A stretch of 64,000 bases of DNA from Burkholderiaceae bacterium (GCA_041913905.1 JAYSEK010000024.1:2862-66861); one strand, 5' to 3'; counted from the stretch's first letter, positions 44,040 to 54,496 are shown. Made by a program: numbers and translations. Notes: a model not told the origin generated them from the sequence alone.

Positions 44040-45884
44040 TCACTGCGCGCGCGGCCCTTCGGCGTCGGCCGGGCTCCAACCCTGGCGGTGCCGCCCCTGG
44101 GCGCGTGTTTCGCGCTCCTGTGCCATCAGCGTCTCCAACTGCTGGCGGCCCTGCTTCACCATGGCGATGAGCCGGTCCTCGTCATCGCGGTGCGCGGCCA
44201 TCAGGCGCAGCTGGGCCTTGTTGTGCTGGCGGAAGCGCCAGGCCTGGCGCCGCGCCATGGCGGGCTCCACGCCCAGCAGCTCCAGCACGCTGCGTCCGCT
44301 GAGCAGGGCCGATTCGAAGGTCTCGCGCTCGATGTGCTCCACGCCCAGTTCCTGCAGTCGGTAGAGGTGCTGCACGTTGCGGGCGCGGGCCACGATCTGC
44401 AGCTGCGGGAAATGCTGGCGCGCCAGTTCGGCGATGGCGATGCTCTGCGCCACGTCGTCCACCGCGATCACGAGGATGGCGGCCGTCTCCGCGCCGGCCG
44501 TGCGCAGCAGATCCAGGCGGCTGGCGTCACCATAGAAGACGCGCCAATCGAAGCGGCGCAGGCCCTCGACGGTGTGGGCGTCATGCTCCAGCACCGTGGC
44601 CTCGTAGCCGTTGGCATAGAGCAGGCGCCCGACGATCTGCCCGTAGCGGCCGAAGCCGGCGATGATCACCGGCGCCTGCTGCCGCTCGTTCAGTTCTTCC
44701 AAGGCCGGGCCTGCGCGGCGGGACAGCCGCGGTTGCAGCCAGCGGTCCGCAGCGGCCAGCAGGGCCGGCGTGCAGGCCAGGGACAGCGCCACCGCAGCCA
44801 CCAAGGCCGAGGCCTGGGTATCGCTCAACAGCCCCGCCTGCTGGCCGAGCTGGAAGACCACGAAACCGAACTCCCCACCCTGAGCCAGCAGGATCACGAA
44901 GACGGGCCGCTCCATCAGCGGCAGCTGCATGCCACGACCCATGAAGACCAGGAGGGCTCCCTTGAGCACCAGCAGTGCCGTGAGCAGCGTCGCCACCAGC
45001 AGGGGTTCGCGCAGCAGCACCTGCAGGTCCAGGCCCATGCCCACCGCGATGAAGAACAAGCCCAGCAGCAGCCCTTTGAAGGGTTCCAGGTCGGTCTCCA
45101 GCTCATGCCGGTACTCGCTCTCGGCCAGCAGCACGCCGGCCAGAAAGGCGCCCAGAGCCATGGACAGACCCACCGCCTGCATCAGTGCTGCGGTGGCCAG
45201 CACCAGCAGCAGGGCTGCAGCCGTGAAGATCTCGGGCGTGGCGCTGCCGGCGATCCAGCGCAGGGCCGGGCGCAGCGCCAGCCGCCCGCCCAGGATGAGC
45301 ACGGCGATCGCGCCCACGGCCTTGAGCGCCTGCCAATGACCTTCCGAGCCACTGCCGTCGGCCCCGGCCAGCGCCGGCACCAAGGCGAGGATGGGGATGG
45401 CGGCGATGTCCTGCAGCAGAGCCACGCTGAGGATGCTCTGGCCGGCGGCGGTCGGCCCCAGGTTGCGCTCGCCCAGCACGGCCATGGCCACGGCCGTCGA
45501 AGACATGGCCAGGCCCAGGCTGCCGACCAGGGCCAGCCGCCAGGGCAATCCGCAAAGCAGGGCCAGGACCATCAGCAGCGAGGTGGATCCCAGCAGCTGC
45601 ACCGAGCCCCAGCCGAAGATGGGCCGGCGCAATTGCCACAGCCGGCGCGGTTCCAGCTCCAGACCGACCAGGAACATCATCAGCACCACGCCGATCTCGG
45701 CCACCTCCAGGATGGTCTCGGGTGCCGACACCAGACCCAGCACCTGCGGGCCGATCAGGATGCCAGCCACCAGATAGCCCAGGATGGAGCCCAGCCGCGC
45801 CCAGCGGGCCAGTGGCACCGCCAGTACTGCGGCACCCAGGAAGACCAGGGGCAGGTGCAGCAGCTCGTGCGAGGGCGCGCTCAT
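44040..45884 (-). CDS. kefC: Glutathione-regulated K+/H+ antiporter KefC/KefB type with a C-terminal RCK/TrkA-N domain (614 aa)
   Basis: CPA2 membrane domain (LGSILGYLVAGILIGPQVLG, LLGLFFIAVGMGLD). RCK Rossmann segment VIIAGFGRYGQIVGRLL. The ATG at 45884 overlaps the kefF stop (ATGA). Confidence 0.88.
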   Translation of the reverse strand: MSAPSHELLHLPLVFLGAAVLAVPLARWARLGSILGYLVAGILIGPQVLGLVSAPETILEVAEIGVVLMMFLVGLELEPRRLWQLRRPIFGWGSVQLLGSTSLLMVLALLCGLPWRLALVGSLGLAMSSTAVAMAVLGERNLGPTAAGQSILSVALLQDIAAIPILALVPALAGADGSGSEGHWQALKAVGAIAVLILGGRLALRPALRWIAGSATPEIFTAAALLLVLATAALMQAVGLSMALGAFLAGVLLAESEYRHELETDLEPFKGLLLGLFFIAVGMGLDLQVLLREPLLVATLLTALLVLKGALLVFMGRGMQLPLMERPVFVILLAQGGEFGFVVFQLGQQAGLLSDTQASALVAAVALSLACTPALLAAADRWLQPRLSRRAGPALEELNERQQAPVIIAGFGRYGQIVGRLLYANGYEATVLEHDAHTVEGLRRFDWRVFYGDASRLDLLRTAGAETAAILVIAVDDVAQSIAIAELARQHFPQLQIVARARNVQHLYRLQELGVEHIERETFESALLSGRSVLELLGVEPAMARRQAWRFRQHNKAQLRLMAAHRDDEDRLIAMVKQGRQQLETLMAQERETRAQGRHRQGWSPADAEGPRAQ

Positions 45885-46492
45885 GGCTGTTGCTCCACGG
45901 GCCGCTCGCCGGCGGGCACTTCGTCCTGCTCGGCGCGCTGCGAACCGCACCAGTCCGGGTAATGGTGCAGGTGCTGGACGGCCTCATGGACGTGCTGGAC
46001 GAGGGCGGCGTCGCTGGCGTGATGGGCGCCATGCAGCACCTGGGGCGGCAGCAGGCGCAGCCCGCACAGGCGGGCGGTCTGCCGGTAGGGCAGCAGGAAG
46101 TCCTCGAAGGCGTGGCGATGGTGGCCTTGCGGGCTGTAGGCGGATTCGGTCCCGCCCGTGGACAGCAGCAGCCATAGATCCTTGCCCTGCAAGGCATGGC
46201 CGCCAGGCCCGTAGGCCCAGCCATAGCTGAAGACCTCGTCCAGCCACAGCTTCATCAGCGCCGGCATGCCGTACCAGTGGATGGGATGCAGCCATACGAG
46301 CAGGCGCGCCGCTTCCAGCGCTTGCTGCTCCGCCTCCACGTCGATGGCGTAGTCCGGGTAAAGGCGGTAAAGGTCGCGCAGGGCGAGCTTGCCAGGGGGA
46401 AAGGGGCTTGCGTCCAGCGCGTCCATCAGACGCGCACTGACGCGCGAATGCGCCCGGTCGGGGTGGGCGCACAAACAAAGAATCTCGGCCAT
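45881..46492 (-). CDS. kefF: KefF/KefG-type NAD(P)H quinone oxidoreductase, ancillary subunit (203 aa)
   Basis: Flavodoxin-like fold: ILCLCAHPDRAHSRVS...LLVWLHPIHWYGMPALMKLWLDEV...GWAYG. Translationally coupled to kefC. Confidence 0.8.
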   Translation of the reverse strand: MAEILCLCAHPDRAHSRVSARLMDALDASPFPPGKLALRDLYRLYPDYAIDVEAEQQALEAARLLVWLHPIHWYGMPALMKLWLDEVFSYGWAYGPGGHALQGKDLWLLLSTGGTESAYSPQGHHRHAFEDFLLPYRQTARLCGLRLLPPQVLHGAHHASDAALVQHVHEAVQHLHHYPDWCGSQRAEQDEVPAGERPVEQQP

Positions 46493-46599
46493 GCGCAAGG
46501 GTATCAGTGTCTGGGCGCGGCACGTTCGGACCTTGCCGGCGTTGCCTGTGATGGAGAGTCCCCGCTAACATGGCCCGCAGCGCCGCCAAGGGAGATGCC

Positions 46600-47229
46600 A
46601 TGCCCGTGATCCTGGTTGCCAATCCCAAGGGAGGGGTCGGCAAAAGCACCCTCGCCACCAATATCGCCGGCTACCTGGCCTGGCAGGGGCGGCGGGTTGC
46701 CCTGGGCGACGCCGATCTGCAGCAGTCCAGCCGCCAATGGCTGGCGCAGCGGCCCCCGCAGCTACCAGCCATCCTCCCCTTGGACATCGACGACAGGCAG
46801 GTGGCGCGCGTGCCCAAGGGCGTCAGCCACGTGGTGCTGGATTCACCGGCGGGCCTGCATGGCAAGCGCCTGGAGCGTCTGTACAGCCTGGCTGACCGCA
46901 TCCTCATCCCGCTGCAGCCCAGCCTCTTCGATATGCAGGCCTGCCATGCCTTCATGCAGCGCCTGCGCGAGCTGGCGCCTGCGCGCAGGCCCTCCCCCCG
47001 TCTGGGCCTGCTGGGCATGCGGGTGCGCCAGGGCACCTTGTCGCAGCAGCAACTGCATCAGTTTCGTCTCACTCTGGGCGAGGGCCTGGACTGGCTTGGC
47101 GAGTTGCGCGACACCCAGCATTACGTGCAGCTTGCGGCGCGCGGACTCAGTTTGTGGGATATTGCACCAGGGCAAGTGGAGAAGGATTTGCTTCAATGGC
47201 AAGCGCTTTGCCAGTGGCTCAAGCCCTAA
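46600..47229 (+). CDS. Orphan ParA/MinD-superfamily ATPase (209 aa)
   Basis: Deviant Walker A VANPKGGVGKSTLATNIA. Walker B-like VVLDSPAG. No parB-like neighbour. AAGGGAG RBS. Confidence 0.8.
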   Translation: MPVILVANPKGGVGKSTLATNIAGYLAWQGRRVALGDADLQQSSRQWLAQRPPQLPAILPLDIDDRQVARVPKGVSHVVLDSPAGLHGKRLERLYSLADRILIPLQPSLFDMQACHAFMQRLRELAPARRPSPRLGLLGMRVRQGTLSQQQLHQFRLTLGEGLDWLGELRDTQHYVQLAARGLSLWDIAPGQVEKDLLQWQALCQWLKP

Positions 47230-47376
47230 GCTTCCATCAATTTGTGGATACGAATGGCGAACCGCAGGGCTGGATCGCCCACCCGGAAGGGGTATGCCCT
47301 CGCCCCGCCCCAGCTTCTATGATTCGACGCCCCGCCACGAGGGGTGCATTGACTTAGAACATACGAGGAGACTGGC

Positions 47377-48117
47377 ATGAAGGTGCTGCTCATTGATGAC
47401 CATCCCCTGATTCTCTCGGCCCTGCAATCCGTGATCGCCGGGCTGGATGAGGGCGTGGAGATGGTCGGCGTGGAGACAGCCGCCGCTGCACGCCAGCGTC
47501 TCAAGGACGAAGACGATTTCGACCTGGTTCTTCTGGATCTGCAACTGGGCGACGCCAGCGGCTTTGACGTGCTGGAGGAGTTCCGCTCGGTCTATCCGGC
47601 ACTGCCGGTGGTGGTGATCTCCGCCTCGGACCGCGCCAGCGATGTCATCCGCTCCATCGACATGGGCGCCATGGGCTTCGTGCCCAAGCGCAGCAGCACC
47701 GAGGTGTTGTCGCAGGCGCTGCGGCTGGTGATGTCCGGCGGCATCTACGTGCCGCCCATGAGTCTGGGCAGCGAGGCTCCGCCGCCCGCGCCGCCCGAGG
47801 TCAACAGCCAGGCCGCCCGTCTGCAGCAGATCTCCCAGCTGGCCACGGCCACCGAGTACCAGATGCAGGCCGGGCTGGAGAACCTGTCGCTCACGCCGCG
47901 CCAGACCGATGTGCTGGCCCTGCTGCTGCAAGGCAAGCCCAACAAGATCATTGCCCGCGAGCTGGGAGTGTCCGTGGAGACGGTCAAGGACCATGTGGCC
48001 GCGGTGCTCAAGGCCCTGGGCGTGAACTCCCGGACGCAGGCCGTGCTGGCCGTCAGCCAGATGGTGCAGCGCCAGCCGGAGCAGAGCTTCAGCACCTTCC
48101 GCCAGCCCGCGCATTGA
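47377..48117 (+). CDS. NarL/FixJ (LuxR-HTH) family response regulator (246 aa)
   Basis: REC: VLLIDDHPLILSAL...DLVLLDLQLGDASGFDV...FVPK. HTH: LTPRQTDVLALLLQGKPNKIIARELGVSVETVKDHV. GAGGAG RBS. No adjacent kinase. Confidence 0.9.
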   Translation: MKVLLIDDHPLILSALQSVIAGLDEGVEMVGVETAAAARQRLKDEDDFDLVLLDLQLGDASGFDVLEEFRSVYPALPVVVISASDRASDVIRSIDMGAMGFVPKRSSTEVLSQALRLVMSGGIYVPPMSLGSEAPPPAPPEVNSQAARLQQISQLATATEYQMQAGLENLSLTPRQTDVLALLLQGKPNKIIARELGVSVETVKDHVAAVLKALGVNSRTQAVLAVSQMVQRQPEQSFSTFRQPAH

Positions 48118-48143
48118 GGCGGCCGCGCCGGCCTCCCCGAGCA

Positions 48144-48172
48144 AGCCCGCCGAACCGGCGGGCTTTGTTTTT
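48144..48172 (+). terminator. Rho-independent terminator after the NarL-type regulator
   Basis: AGCCCGCCG-aac-CGGCGGGCT followed by TTGTTTTT. Confidence 0.8.
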
Positions 48173-48198
48173 GAGCGTCCCGAGCGACGGCTGCGGGC

Positions 48199-49068
48199 TC
48201 AGCTGGGCTCGTAGGCCAGCCGGACGTAGATCGGCGCAAAGGCCTCGGCCTGCGTGATCTCCAGCAGGCGCTCGCGCGCCAGTTCCAGCATGGCGATGAA
48301 GGTCACCACCAGCACCTGGGGGCCGCGGCTGGTGTCGAAGAGGTGCTCGAACTCGACGAAGCGCTGCCCCTGCAGGCGGCGCAGCACCATGCTCATGTGC
48401 TCGCGCACCGAGAGCTCCTCGCGGCTGATCTTGTGGTGCTGCTTGAGCTGGGCCTTCTTGAGCAGACCCAGCCAAGCTTCGCGCAGGTCGACCAGCTCCA
48501 CGTCGGGGAAGCGCGGCGTCAGAGACTGTTCGATGTGGACCTGGGCGCGAAGAAAGTCGCGGCCGACCAGGGGCAGGGCGTCCAGCCGCGCGGCGGCCAG
48601 CTTCATCTGCTCATACTCCAGCAGGCGCCGTACCAGCTCGGCCCGCGGATCCTCGGGCTCGGCGCCGTCGTCCGTCTTCTTGGGCGGCAGCAGCATGCGC
48701 GACTTGATCTCGATGAGCATGGCCGCCATCAGCAGGTACTCGCTGGCCAGCTCCAGGTTTTGCTTGCGGATCTGGTCGACGTAGCTGAGGTACTGGCGGG
48801 TGACATCCGCCAGCGGGATGTCCAGGATGTTGAAGTTCTGGCGCCGGATCAGGTAGAGCAGCAGATCCAGCGGGCCCTCGAAGGCCTCCAGGAAGACCTC
48901 CAGCGCGTCCGGCGGGATGTAGAGGTCCTGGGGCAGGGTGAACAGCGGCTCGCCATAGAGCCGGGCCACGGCGACGCCGTCCACCGTCTCCAGCACCGGG
49001 CTGGATTCGCCCTCCGCGAGCGGCTGGGGCAGCTCGACGGGATCGGTCGGCGTGGGCTTGCCGCTCAA
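48199..49068 (-). CDS. scpA: Segregation and condensation protein A (289 aa as drawn)
   Basis: LYIPPDALEVFLEAFEGPLDLLLYLIRRQNFNILDIPLADVTRQYL is the kleisin ScpA signature. The start is uncertain: TTG at 49068, with no early in-frame ATG. Confidence 0.85.
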   Translation of the reverse strand: MSGKPTPTDPVELPQPLAEGESSPVLETVDGVAVARLYGEPLFTLPQDLYIPPDALEVFLEAFEGPLDLLLYLIRRQNFNILDIPLADVTRQYLSYVDQIRKQNLELASEYLLMAAMLIEIKSRMLLPPKKTDDGAEPEDPRAELVRRLLEYEQMKLAAARLDALPLVGRDFLRAQVHIEQSLTPRFPDVELVDLREAWLGLLKKAQLKQHHKISREELSVREHMSMVLRRLQGQRFVEFEHLFDTSRGPQVLVVTFIAMLELARERLLEITQAEAFAPIYVRLAYEPS

Positions 49069-49121
49069 GCGCAGGCTCGTCAGTCAGCGGCCGCGGGCTT
49101 CCGTGCTGCCGGGGTGCGGCT

Positions 49122-49325
49122 TCAGTGGGACTTGGTCTGGTAGACGTAGGCCTGCTGGGCCACGCGGGCCGCACGGTAATCGGCCTGGGCGGCACGGTCC
49201 ACGGGCTTGTCCCACAGCAGGGCGCGGCCGTCGCGCTGTTCCTGTTCCAGCGTCGGCTTCTTGGCCTTCAGCTCGTCGATGAACTGCGTGACGTCGGACT
49301 TGTAAGGCTTCCAGAACAGAGGCAT
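49122..49325 (-). CDS. DUF3460-family small protein (67 aa)
   Basis: MPLFWKPYKSDVTQFIDELKAKKPTLEQEQRDGRALLWDK. Recognised small protein conserved in Burkholderiales; family name is from memory. Confidence 0.65.
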   Translation of the reverse strand: MPLFWKPYKSDVTQFIDELKAKKPTLEQEQRDGRALLWDKPVDRAAQADYRAARVAQQAYVYQTKSH

Positions 49326-49394
49326 GGCGCTTCAGCGGTGAGGGTTGGGGCGGAGCCTGGACGCGGCCGGCGGCTCCGGTGTGAGTCAGACATT

Positions 49395-51101
49395 TTAGCT
49401 GGCTTGGGTCGGCGCTGGCGCGGATGGCGGTGGCATGCCGGTGGTGGCCTGCAGCGCGGCCAGGTCGGGCAGCACGCCTTGCGGGCCGAGCAAGTCCGCC
49501 AGCCCGCCGCGCTCCACCAGCGAAGCGGGCTGCTCATTGAGGCCCAGCAGCAGCAGGCGCCTGCCCTGGCGCTGCAGGGCCTTGTGCAACTGGATCAGCG
49601 CGTCCAGGCCCGTGCTGTCCATGGAGACCAGCAGGTGCATGTCCAGGGCCAGCACCTGCGCCTCCTGCGGCAGGCGCTCGGCCAGCGCCTCGACCTTGGC
49701 CACGGCGCCGAAGAACAGCGAGCCGTAGACCCGCAGCAGATGCACGCCGGGTGGCAGCACGGTGGCTGCGGGCGCTTCGGACACGCAGAACAGCTCGCTC
49801 ATGCGATAGATGAAGAAGCCGCAGGCCAGCATCAGCCCGGCCTCCACTGCCACGGTGAGATCGAAGATCACGGTCAGCAAGAAGGTGCCCAGCAAGGTCG
49901 CGCGATAGGGCAGCTTGAAGCGGCGCAGCCGGGCGAACTCATGCCATTCGCCCATGTTCCACGCGACGACCAGCAGAATGCCGGCGAGCGCGGCCAAGGG
50001 TACCTGCGAGGCCAGCGGCGCCGCCGCCATCACTACCACCAGCAGGCTCAGCGCATGCACGATGCCTGCGATCGGGCTGCTGGCACCGGCCTTCACGCTG
50101 GTGACGGTGCGGGCGATGGTGCCGGTGGCCGGAATGCCGCCGAACAGCGGGCCGACCATGTTGGCGATGCCTTGGGCCATCAGCTCCTGGTTGGGGTCAT
50201 GGCGCGGCCCACCGCTGAGGTTGTCGGCGACGCGGGCGCATAGCAGCGATTCGATGGAGCCCAGCAGCGCGATGGTCAGTGCTGGGATGAGCAGCTGCTT
50301 GGCCTCCTCGAAGCTGAAGCTCGGCCATTGGGGCAGCGGCAGGGTCTGCGGGATGCTGCCGAAGCGGCTGCCGATGGTGTCCACCGGCAGCCGCAGCAGG
50401 TGCACGGCCAGCGTGGCCAGCGCGAGCGCGACGATGGTGCCCGGCACATGCGCGGCCAGCCGGTGCAGGCGCTCGCGCACGGTGCGGGCCTGGGCCGCCA
50501 TCGCGTAGCTCTTGGGCCAGGCCAGGACCAGCAGGCTGCAGCAGGCGCCTATCAAGAGGGCGTAGGCGTTGAAGCTGGCGCGATGCTGCCACAGCGCCGC
50601 GAGCTGGGCGAAGAAGTCCGCGGGCATGCGTGGGATCTGCAGCCCCAGAAAGTCCTTCAGCTGGGACAGGGCGATGAGCACCGCGATGCCGTTGGTGAAG
50701 CCGATCACGATGGACACCGGGATGTAGCGCACCAGCACGCCCAGGCGCAGGGCGCCCAGGGCCAGCATCATCAGGCCGCCCAGCATGGTGGCGATCAGCA
50801 GGTTGTGCGGGCCGTAGCGCTGCACGATGCCGTAGACGATGACGATGAAGGCGCCCGCGGGCCCGCCGATCTGCACGCTGGAGCCGCCCAGCAGCGAAAT
50901 CAGCAAGCCGGCGACGATGGCCGTGGCCAGGCCCTGCTCGGGCTTGACGCCGGAGGCGATGGCAAAGGCCAGCGCCAGCGGAAGGGCGACGATGCCGACC
51001 GTGAGGCCGGCGCCCAGGTCATGGATCAGGCGCTGCCGCCCATAGCCCTGCAGGGCGTCGAGCAGGCGCGGGCGGAAAGGGTGGAATCGAGGCTTGGACA
51101 T
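49395..51101 (-). CDS. SulP-family anion permease with a C-terminal STAS domain (568 aa)
   Basis: DLGAGLTVGIVALPLALAFAIASGV, multiple TM segments. STAS tail (VHLLRVYGSLFFGAVAKVE...VLALDMHLLVSMDSTGLDAL). Confidence 0.9.
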   Translation of the reverse strand: MSKPRFHPFRPRLLDALQGYGRQRLIHDLGAGLTVGIVALPLALAFAIASGVKPEQGLATAIVAGLLISLLGGSSVQIGGPAGAFIVIVYGIVQRYGPHNLLIATMLGGLMMLALGALRLGVLVRYIPVSIVIGFTNGIAVLIALSQLKDFLGLQIPRMPADFFAQLAALWQHRASFNAYALLIGACCSLLVLAWPKSYAMAAQARTVRERLHRLAAHVPGTIVALALATLAVHLLRLPVDTIGSRFGSIPQTLPLPQWPSFSFEEAKQLLIPALTIALLGSIESLLCARVADNLSGGPRHDPNQELMAQGIANMVGPLFGGIPATGTIARTVTSVKAGASSPIAGIVHALSLLVVVMAAAPLASQVPLAALAGILLVVAWNMGEWHEFARLRRFKLPYRATLLGTFLLTVIFDLTVAVEAGLMLACGFFIYRMSELFCVSEAPAATVLPPGVHLLRVYGSLFFGAVAKVEALAERLPQEAQVLALDMHLLVSMDSTGLDALIQLHKALQRQGRRLLLLGLNEQPASLVERGGLADLLGPQGVLPDLAALQATTGMPPPSAPAPTQAS

Positions 51102-51264
51102 GAACGCTCCGTGGATGGCTGGAGTGGGGGGCGTTCGTGCCGACCGGAGGTCCGCAGTGATGCAGGCGCGCGATGAAGCGACGGCGCCGGCTGGGCGCGG
51201 CCAGTTGCAGAAAGCGGATGCGTCGCGGGTCCACGCGCCGATTGTGCGCCGGAAGCAGGCGCTG

Positions 51265-51295
51265 CAAAAGAAAAGAGGCTGCCCAGGGCAGCCTC
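51265..51295 (-). terminator. Rho-independent terminator after metG
   Basis: On the minus strand: GAGGCTGCC-ctg-GGCAGCCTC followed by TTTTCTTTTG. Confidence 0.8.
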
Positions 51296-51324
51296 ATGCG
51301 TCGCAGCAGTGCGCGCGGCTTGCG

Positions 51325-53370
51325 TCAGCGCACGCGCATGCCGGGCTGGGCGCCGGGGAAGGGTTCCAGCACGAAGATGCCGGGGTTCGCCTTTTCATCG
51401 GCATGGCTGGCCGCCAGCACCATGCCTTCACTCACGCCGAACTTCATCTTGCGCGGGGCCAGGTTGGCCACCATGACCGTCAGCTTGCCTTCGAGGTCTT
51501 CTGGCTTGTAAGCGCTCTTGATGCCACTGAAGACATTGCGCAGGCGGCCCTCGCCCGCATCCAGCGTCAGGCGCAGCAGCTTGTCCGAGCCCTCGACATG
51601 CTCGGCCTTGACGATCTTCGCGACGCGCAGGTCGACCTTGCTGAAGTCTTCGATCTTGATCTCGGGGGCCAGGTCTTCACCGCCAGGCACGACCTTCGGG
51701 GTGGCCGGCGGCTCGAACAGCGCCTCCAGCAGCTTGGGGTCGACGCGCTGCATGAGGTGCTCGTAGGCGCCGATCTGATGGGCGCCCAGGGCGCGCTGCG
51801 CATCGGAGAACTGCAGCGGCTCGATCTTCAGGAAGGTCTCCACCTTGGCCACCAGGGCCGGCAGCACCGGCTTCAGGTAGATGGACAGCAGTCTGAAGGC
51901 CTCAATGCAGACGCTGCAGACGTCCTGCAGCACCTGGTCCTGGCCCTCCTGCTTGGCCAGCTCCCAGGGCTTGTTCTGGTCCACGTATTCGTTGACACGG
52001 TCGGCCAGCAGCATGATTTCGCGCAGGGCCTTGCCGAATTCCCGGGTCTCGTAGAGCTCGGCGATGGTGCCGGCGTGGGCGCGCAGGCCGTCCAGCAGCG
52101 CGCGGCCCTCGACACCCACGTCGGCCGACAGGTGGCCGCCAAAGCGCTTGGCCAGGAAGCCGGCGGCGCGCGAGGCGATGTTGATGTACTTGCCGACGAG
52201 GTCGGAGTTGACACGGGCGACGAAGTCCTCGGGGTTGAAGTCGAGATCCTCCACCTTGCTGTTGAGCTTGGCGGCCAGGTAGTAGCGCAGCCACTCGGCG
52301 TTCATGCCGAGACTCAGGTACTTGAGCGGATCCAGGCCAGTGCCACGGCTCTTGCTCATCTTCTCGCCGCCGTTGACGGTCAGGAAGCCGTGCACATGCA
52401 CGTGGTTGGGCGTCTTGCGGCCGCTGAAATGCAGCATGGCCGGCCAGAACAGCGTGTGGAAGTAGGTGATGTCCTTGCCGATGAAGTGGATCTGCTCCAC
52501 CGACTCATCGGCCATGAAGGCATCGAAATCGCGGCCCAGCTTGCCGAAGTAGTTCTTCAGCGAGGCCAGGTAGCCGATGGGGGCGTCCAGCCAGACGTAG
52601 AAGTACTTGCCCGGCGCATCGGGGATCTCGATACCGAAATAGGGCGCGTCGCGGCTGATGTCCCAGTCGCCCAGGCCGCCGTTGCCATTCTCGTCCTTGG
52701 CAAACCACTCGCGGATCTTGTTCAGCACCTCGGTCTGCAGGCGGCCGGGGGTTTGCGTCCACTGCTCCAGGAACTCCACGCAGCGCGGGTCCGAGAGCTT
52801 GAAGAAGTAGTGGTCCGAGCTCTTCATCACCGGCGTGGCGCCGGTCAGCACGGAGAAGGGGTCCTTGAGCTCGGTGGGCGTGTAGACCGCGCCGCAGACC
52901 TCGCAGGAATCGCCGTACTGGTCCTTCGCGCCGCACTTGGGGCACTCGCCCTTGATGAAGCGGTCCGGCAGGAACATGGCCTTTTGCGGGTCGAAGAACT
53001 GCTCGATGGTCTTCACCGCAATCAGATCCTCGGCGCGCAAGGCCTTGTAGATGGCCTGCGACAGCTCGTGGTTCTCGGCGCCGTCGGTCGAATGCCAGTT
53101 GTCGAAGCTGATATGGAAGCCGTCCAGGTACTGCTTGCGCCCGGCGGCGATGCCGGCGACGAACTCCTGCGGCGTCTTGCCGGCCTTCTCCGCGGCAATC
53201 ATGATGGGTGCGCCATGGGCGTCGTCGGCACAGACGAAGTGCACCTCCTGGCCCATCATGCGCTGGAAGCGCACCCAGATGTCGGCCTGGGTGTACTCCA
53301 TGATGTGGCCAATGTGGAAGTTCGCATTGGCGTAGGGCAGGGCGGTGGTGACGAAGAGCTTGCGAGTCAT
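51325..53370 (-). CDS. metG: Methionyl-tRNA synthetase (681 aa)
   Basis: [18 protein letters not shown] (HIGH), KMSKSRG (KMSKS), zinc knuckle CPKCG...CEVCG. C-terminal tRNA-binding (EMAP-like) domain. ATG at 53370. Confidence 0.96.
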   Translation of the reverse strand: MTRKLFVTTALPYANANFHIGHIMEYTQADIWVRFQRMMGQEVHFVCADDAHGAPIMIAAEKAGKTPQEFVAGIAAGRKQYLDGFHISFDNWHSTDGAENHELSQAIYKALRAEDLIAVKTIEQFFDPQKAMFLPDRFIKGECPKCGAKDQYGDSCEVCGAVYTPTELKDPFSVLTGATPVMKSSDHYFFKLSDPRCVEFLEQWTQTPGRLQTEVLNKIREWFAKDENGNGGLGDWDISRDAPYFGIEIPDAPGKYFYVWLDAPIGYLASLKNYFGKLGRDFDAFMADESVEQIHFIGKDITYFHTLFWPAMLHFSGRKTPNHVHVHGFLTVNGGEKMSKSRGTGLDPLKYLSLGMNAEWLRYYLAAKLNSKVEDLDFNPEDFVARVNSDLVGKYINIASRAAGFLAKRFGGHLSADVGVEGRALLDGLRAHAGTIAELYETREFGKALREIMLLADRVNEYVDQNKPWELAKQEGQDQVLQDVCSVCIEAFRLLSIYLKPVLPALVAKVETFLKIEPLQFSDAQRALGAHQIGAYEHLMQRVDPKLLEALFEPPATPKVVPGGEDLAPEIKIEDFSKVDLRVAKIVKAEHVEGSDKLLRLTLDAGEGRLRNVFSGIKSAYKPEDLEGKLTVMVANLAPRKMKFGVSEGMVLAASHADEKANPGIFVLEPFPGAQPGMRVR

Positions 53371-53457
53371 GGCGTGCAATGAAGGCATGCGCGGCTCAAT
53401 GGGGCCACGCAAGAGGCGGGATTTTAGGGGCTGGGCGGCGATTCGCCGCAGTGCCGG

Positions 53458-53643
53458 TCAGCCGCCCTGGCCTGGCGCCGCGTCCGAGTCCTGCTCGGCA
53501 GGGGCGACGCCCTCGGCAGGCTGAGGCTCGTCCGGACGGCCCTGCAGCTTGCGCAGCCGCTTTTCGGCTGCCTTTTCTTCGGCCTTGCGCTTCTTGGCCA
53601 ACTCGCGTTGGCGTTTTTCGTAGGAGTAATTTGGAGTGGCCAA
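53458..53643 (-). CDS. Small, highly basic hypothetical protein (61 aa, TTG start)
   Basis: (M)ATPNYSYEKRQRELAKKRKAEEKAAEKRLRKLQGRPDEPQ... AAGGA lies 7 nt before the TTG at 53643. Only the 3-prime part of the 53458-53859 ORF looks coding. Confidence 0.45.
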   Translation of the reverse strand: MATPNYSYEKRQRELAKKRKAEEKAAEKRLRKLQGRPDEPQPAEGVAPAEQDSDAAPGQGG

Positions 53644-53800
53644 GGTCCCGTCCTTTGGTCGCGACGGCAAGACACCGCCAGCCCGACTGTAGCGCCTTGC
53701 CGAGGACACCGGGTGAGCGCACGGCTCCAGACAAGCTCCAAGACTCTTCAGCTTGCGCGCGCAAGCGCTTGCCACAGCGGAAAAAAAGGGAGGCCAGGCC

Positions 53801-54496
53801 TGTGGATAAGTTTGTGGGCAAAGTGGCTGGAAAACAGCGCTTTGCCGGTAGTTGGGCAAGGATGACTCGCGGCGAGTTGCCGGTGAATGTGAAAAATCAT
53901 TGTCGAATCAAGGGCTTGCGAGCCTCCTGCTGCAGCTCGATGGCCCGCCCGGCGCCCTCGGCCGCGGTTTGCCCATTGGGGATAAGCCGGGGTCCGGCTT
54001 CGGTCCTGTGTCAATTCACGGCAACAGTCTGAGCCGAACGGCGAGACGCCAAGCGGGCCATGAACTGAGGGAAGCGGTCATGCAACTTGGCGCATTGAGC
54101 TCAAGTGCCTTGGAGAGATGTCTGCCAAGTCCTTGATTCCTGCGAACTAATGAAGGCTATCCACCGGTCTTGTGGATAAGTTTGTGGAGAAGCTGGGTTT
54201 GCGAGTCCTAAATGCTTGATTCATCGATGTCGGCATTGGCCTGCCTCAAAATTTTGCACTTCCGTGACGCCTATATGAATCAATCACTTAGCGGGGCATT
54301 GCCGACGCCGCGAGCCTGCCCTGACGCCTGCGGCGAGCTTGTTTCTTTCTGAAACGATGGCGCAGTCCCATGGGGATAAGTCAGGCCCCTGGAGGGGCTT
54401 GTTGGCGCCGGTCAAGCCCAGGGCTGTGCTGCATTGCAGGGACAAGCTGCCAGGGCAGGGCTGGACAGGCCGGGCATCCCCAGTCCCTGTGGACAA
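53801..54496. promoter_or_regulatory. Cluster of DnaA-box-like 9-mers in a ~1-kb non-coding, relatively AT-rich spacer
   Basis: Perfect TGTGGATAA (complement of TTATCCACA) at 53801-53809 and 54171-54179. One-mismatch copies TGGGGATAA at 53977-53985 and 54371-54379, and TGTGGACAA at 54488-54496. Head-to-head pair TATCCAC-N7-GTGGATA at 54158-54178. Three copies share an extended ~19-nt motif, TGTGGAyAArYTTGTGrG. Confidence 0.45.

Noticed and set aside
43578-53382. Long plus-strand ORFs 43578-45962 (794 aa), 49125-50243, 50328-51176 and 51094-53382 (762 aa)
   Set aside because: They are antisense to kefC/kefF, the SulP permease and metG. They show low-complexity Gln/His/Arg/Gly content and no family motifs.
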